From contig OZ024740.1 in assembly GCA_964016885.1 (NCBI GenBank), positions 177,072,001 through 177,136,000 on the forward strand: 64,000 bases of DNA, in the 5' to 3' direction. The translations under genes were made by a program, and so were the position numbers. Below, in pieces: positions 61,915-64,000 of the stretch. Numbering within the stretch: position 1 is the stretch's first letter; each line of letters begins with the position of its first letter. The DNA is from Eledone cirrhosa (taxonomy: Eukaryota). The notes beneath the pieces are model-generated. The model was not told the DNA's origin and did not search any database. It saw only the letters and a list, made by a program, of their open reading frames with translations.

Positions 61915-63743
61915 ATATATATGTGCAAATGAAAGGCAGCGTTAATAACTCATACTGATACCCTGTAATTAACAAGCTCAAAGTATAAATACTGAGCATT
62001 TCAATAATATATGTAGTAATAATTATTTCTATAATTGATCAGTCAGATCTGCATATTAGCAGATCCACTGATCAGCCAGATTTGCATATCAGCAGGCTGG
62101 CCAGTCAGTTTCCTGTATACGAGCGATAAATGGCGGGCTTTGCCAAATTCAAATAAAAACACAAGAGCAAGAATGAAGTATTCATTCTACTGACATGGCT
62201 ATAAAATTGAGCCTTGTTTGCAAAATTGCAAACGAATCGAATGTTATTATTAATGTTCGAAAAACTCAGATTACATTTATATATATGAGATGTTACCAGT
62301 CGGAGTTTAGCTTAAAGCTATCTCTGTTATTGTATTAAATATATATATATATATATACTATGTTACGGTATAAATACATATTTGATATGTATAATGATCA
62401 TGTTTCTCAATAAATAAGCTAAATGGATCTTGGTTCAGAGCATTAATTATTCAAATTTAAAATTTATGTAGTGAGAGAAAGAACAATATATTGTGTGAGA
62501 CACATAGTATTTTGTACAAAAATATAGTGTGTAAATAATATTCAGAAAAATAGACATAATTTCAGGCGGTAAAAAAGTAATTTCTTTCTTTACAGCGCTG
62601 TTTTTTTAGACAAAATGAAGTAAAACTATCGATCTAAGTAATCAACTATCGATTATCAACTATCGATTTTTGTAAGGAAGACATAAAATCATCAGAGAAA
62701 TTGACTTAATATACGTCCCACACTGTACAAAATACTTTTATATCTGTCGAGAGCATCGAGTATTTTCATTCTCTACTCCACATGGTGTCAAAAACGTTTA
62801 ACGACCAGGGTATTTACATACAGGACTGGATGTTGAGGTGGCTAGAAAGAGCTCCAAAGTACCAGTCACGGTTGAAGCAACTCACCAAATTAATAAATTT
62901 GATGTAGTTGTGTCCCGTATAAGAGGACACAGTAGAATTCTTCAGATCGAGGCATTGTAAACGGTCGTTCTACTTCACATGTATAGCTTGCTTGTTTGGA
63001 TGACTATAATTACCTTTGTACATTATGCAGGCGCATACTTACATATATGAATAATTGCAGGTAGAATTGTCCAAGCACAGGTGAACACTATATTGGTATT
63101 TGGCTACACATCTTTAAGTTAGTTTTACATCTTTTTACTTCCTTCTTTCGATAGATATATGTGCACGACAAATACAGGGGAGCAATAGAATCAAGCTAGT
63201 CTGAATCTGTTGTTTCAAAAACAATTGGGCTTTGTAAAGGTCGTACTAGGTTTCGTCAGCTTGTTGAATAAACAGTGTCGGTTGGTAGATTTGATCTGAC
63301 ACCCGGTTCTATACCACTTCCTAGACATTGAGTAAACTTTGCGGAGGCGATTCGGCGGCAATCATTCGAATCTCCAGTTGGGGACATATTCCTCTCTTAC
63401 ACTCTCTATCTCAGAAACCTGAAATTATTCATGGGCACTGTCTTTCCATCCGTCCTTAAACAGAAATGAGAAAAGATGTTTAAAAAGCCAGGTATCTATT
63501 TTAATAAACTGTGAAACACTCGATTAAAACTCTTAATGGATGTCCCCTGTGTGGCCTTAGATCTATGAGTGAGTTACAAATGGGTAAAATCAGAAATGTA
63601 AATAAAAATATAACGTAGATATAAAGATATATACAAAAATTTAGGAGAGCCCAACCTACCTCCCGAAATATTTAAGAGTTTGTTCAAATATATTAGAAGC
63701 TTTCTTCAGACACGCGAACAACTTAAAGAGGAGAAACTATGCG

Positions 63744-64000
<257 letters not shown>

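Noticed and set aside
62450-63480. Possible mariner transposase remnants or host exons
   Set aside because: Only vague short similarities and multiple stops; needs BLASTX.

Overview
AT-rich, microsatellite-saturated animal DNA. The tRNA-derived SINE family and repeat landscape look like an octopod cephalopod (inference). I cannot support any host gene; the window is almost entirely transposon-derived. (1) A ~21.5 kb hub (17.8-39.4 kb) of non-LTR retrotransposons is strung between (AAT)n tracts. It holds an old Tx1/L1-clade element with a 2A-like/PHD region, a 5'-truncated Dong/R4-type REL element, two near-identical full-length head-to-tail Tx1 copies, a Tx1 3' stub and a second Dong-type 3' stub. 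All four Tx1 3' ends share the junction (AAT)n|G(A/T)TTTC. (2) Outside the hub, (TA)n tracts are repeatedly interrupted by Penelope-like (PLE) fragments and short non-coding fold-back elements. These carry about 15 minimal hammerhead ribozyme motifs, some degenerate, including back-to-back outward-facing pairs and a U3-A8 core covariant. (3) Also present: hAT transposase relics, hAT and Tc1-type MITEs, a non-autonomous Helitron, an RTE LINE relic, many SINEs and two fold-backs built around tRNA-like cores. All calls are from manual reading; no searches or folding programs were run.
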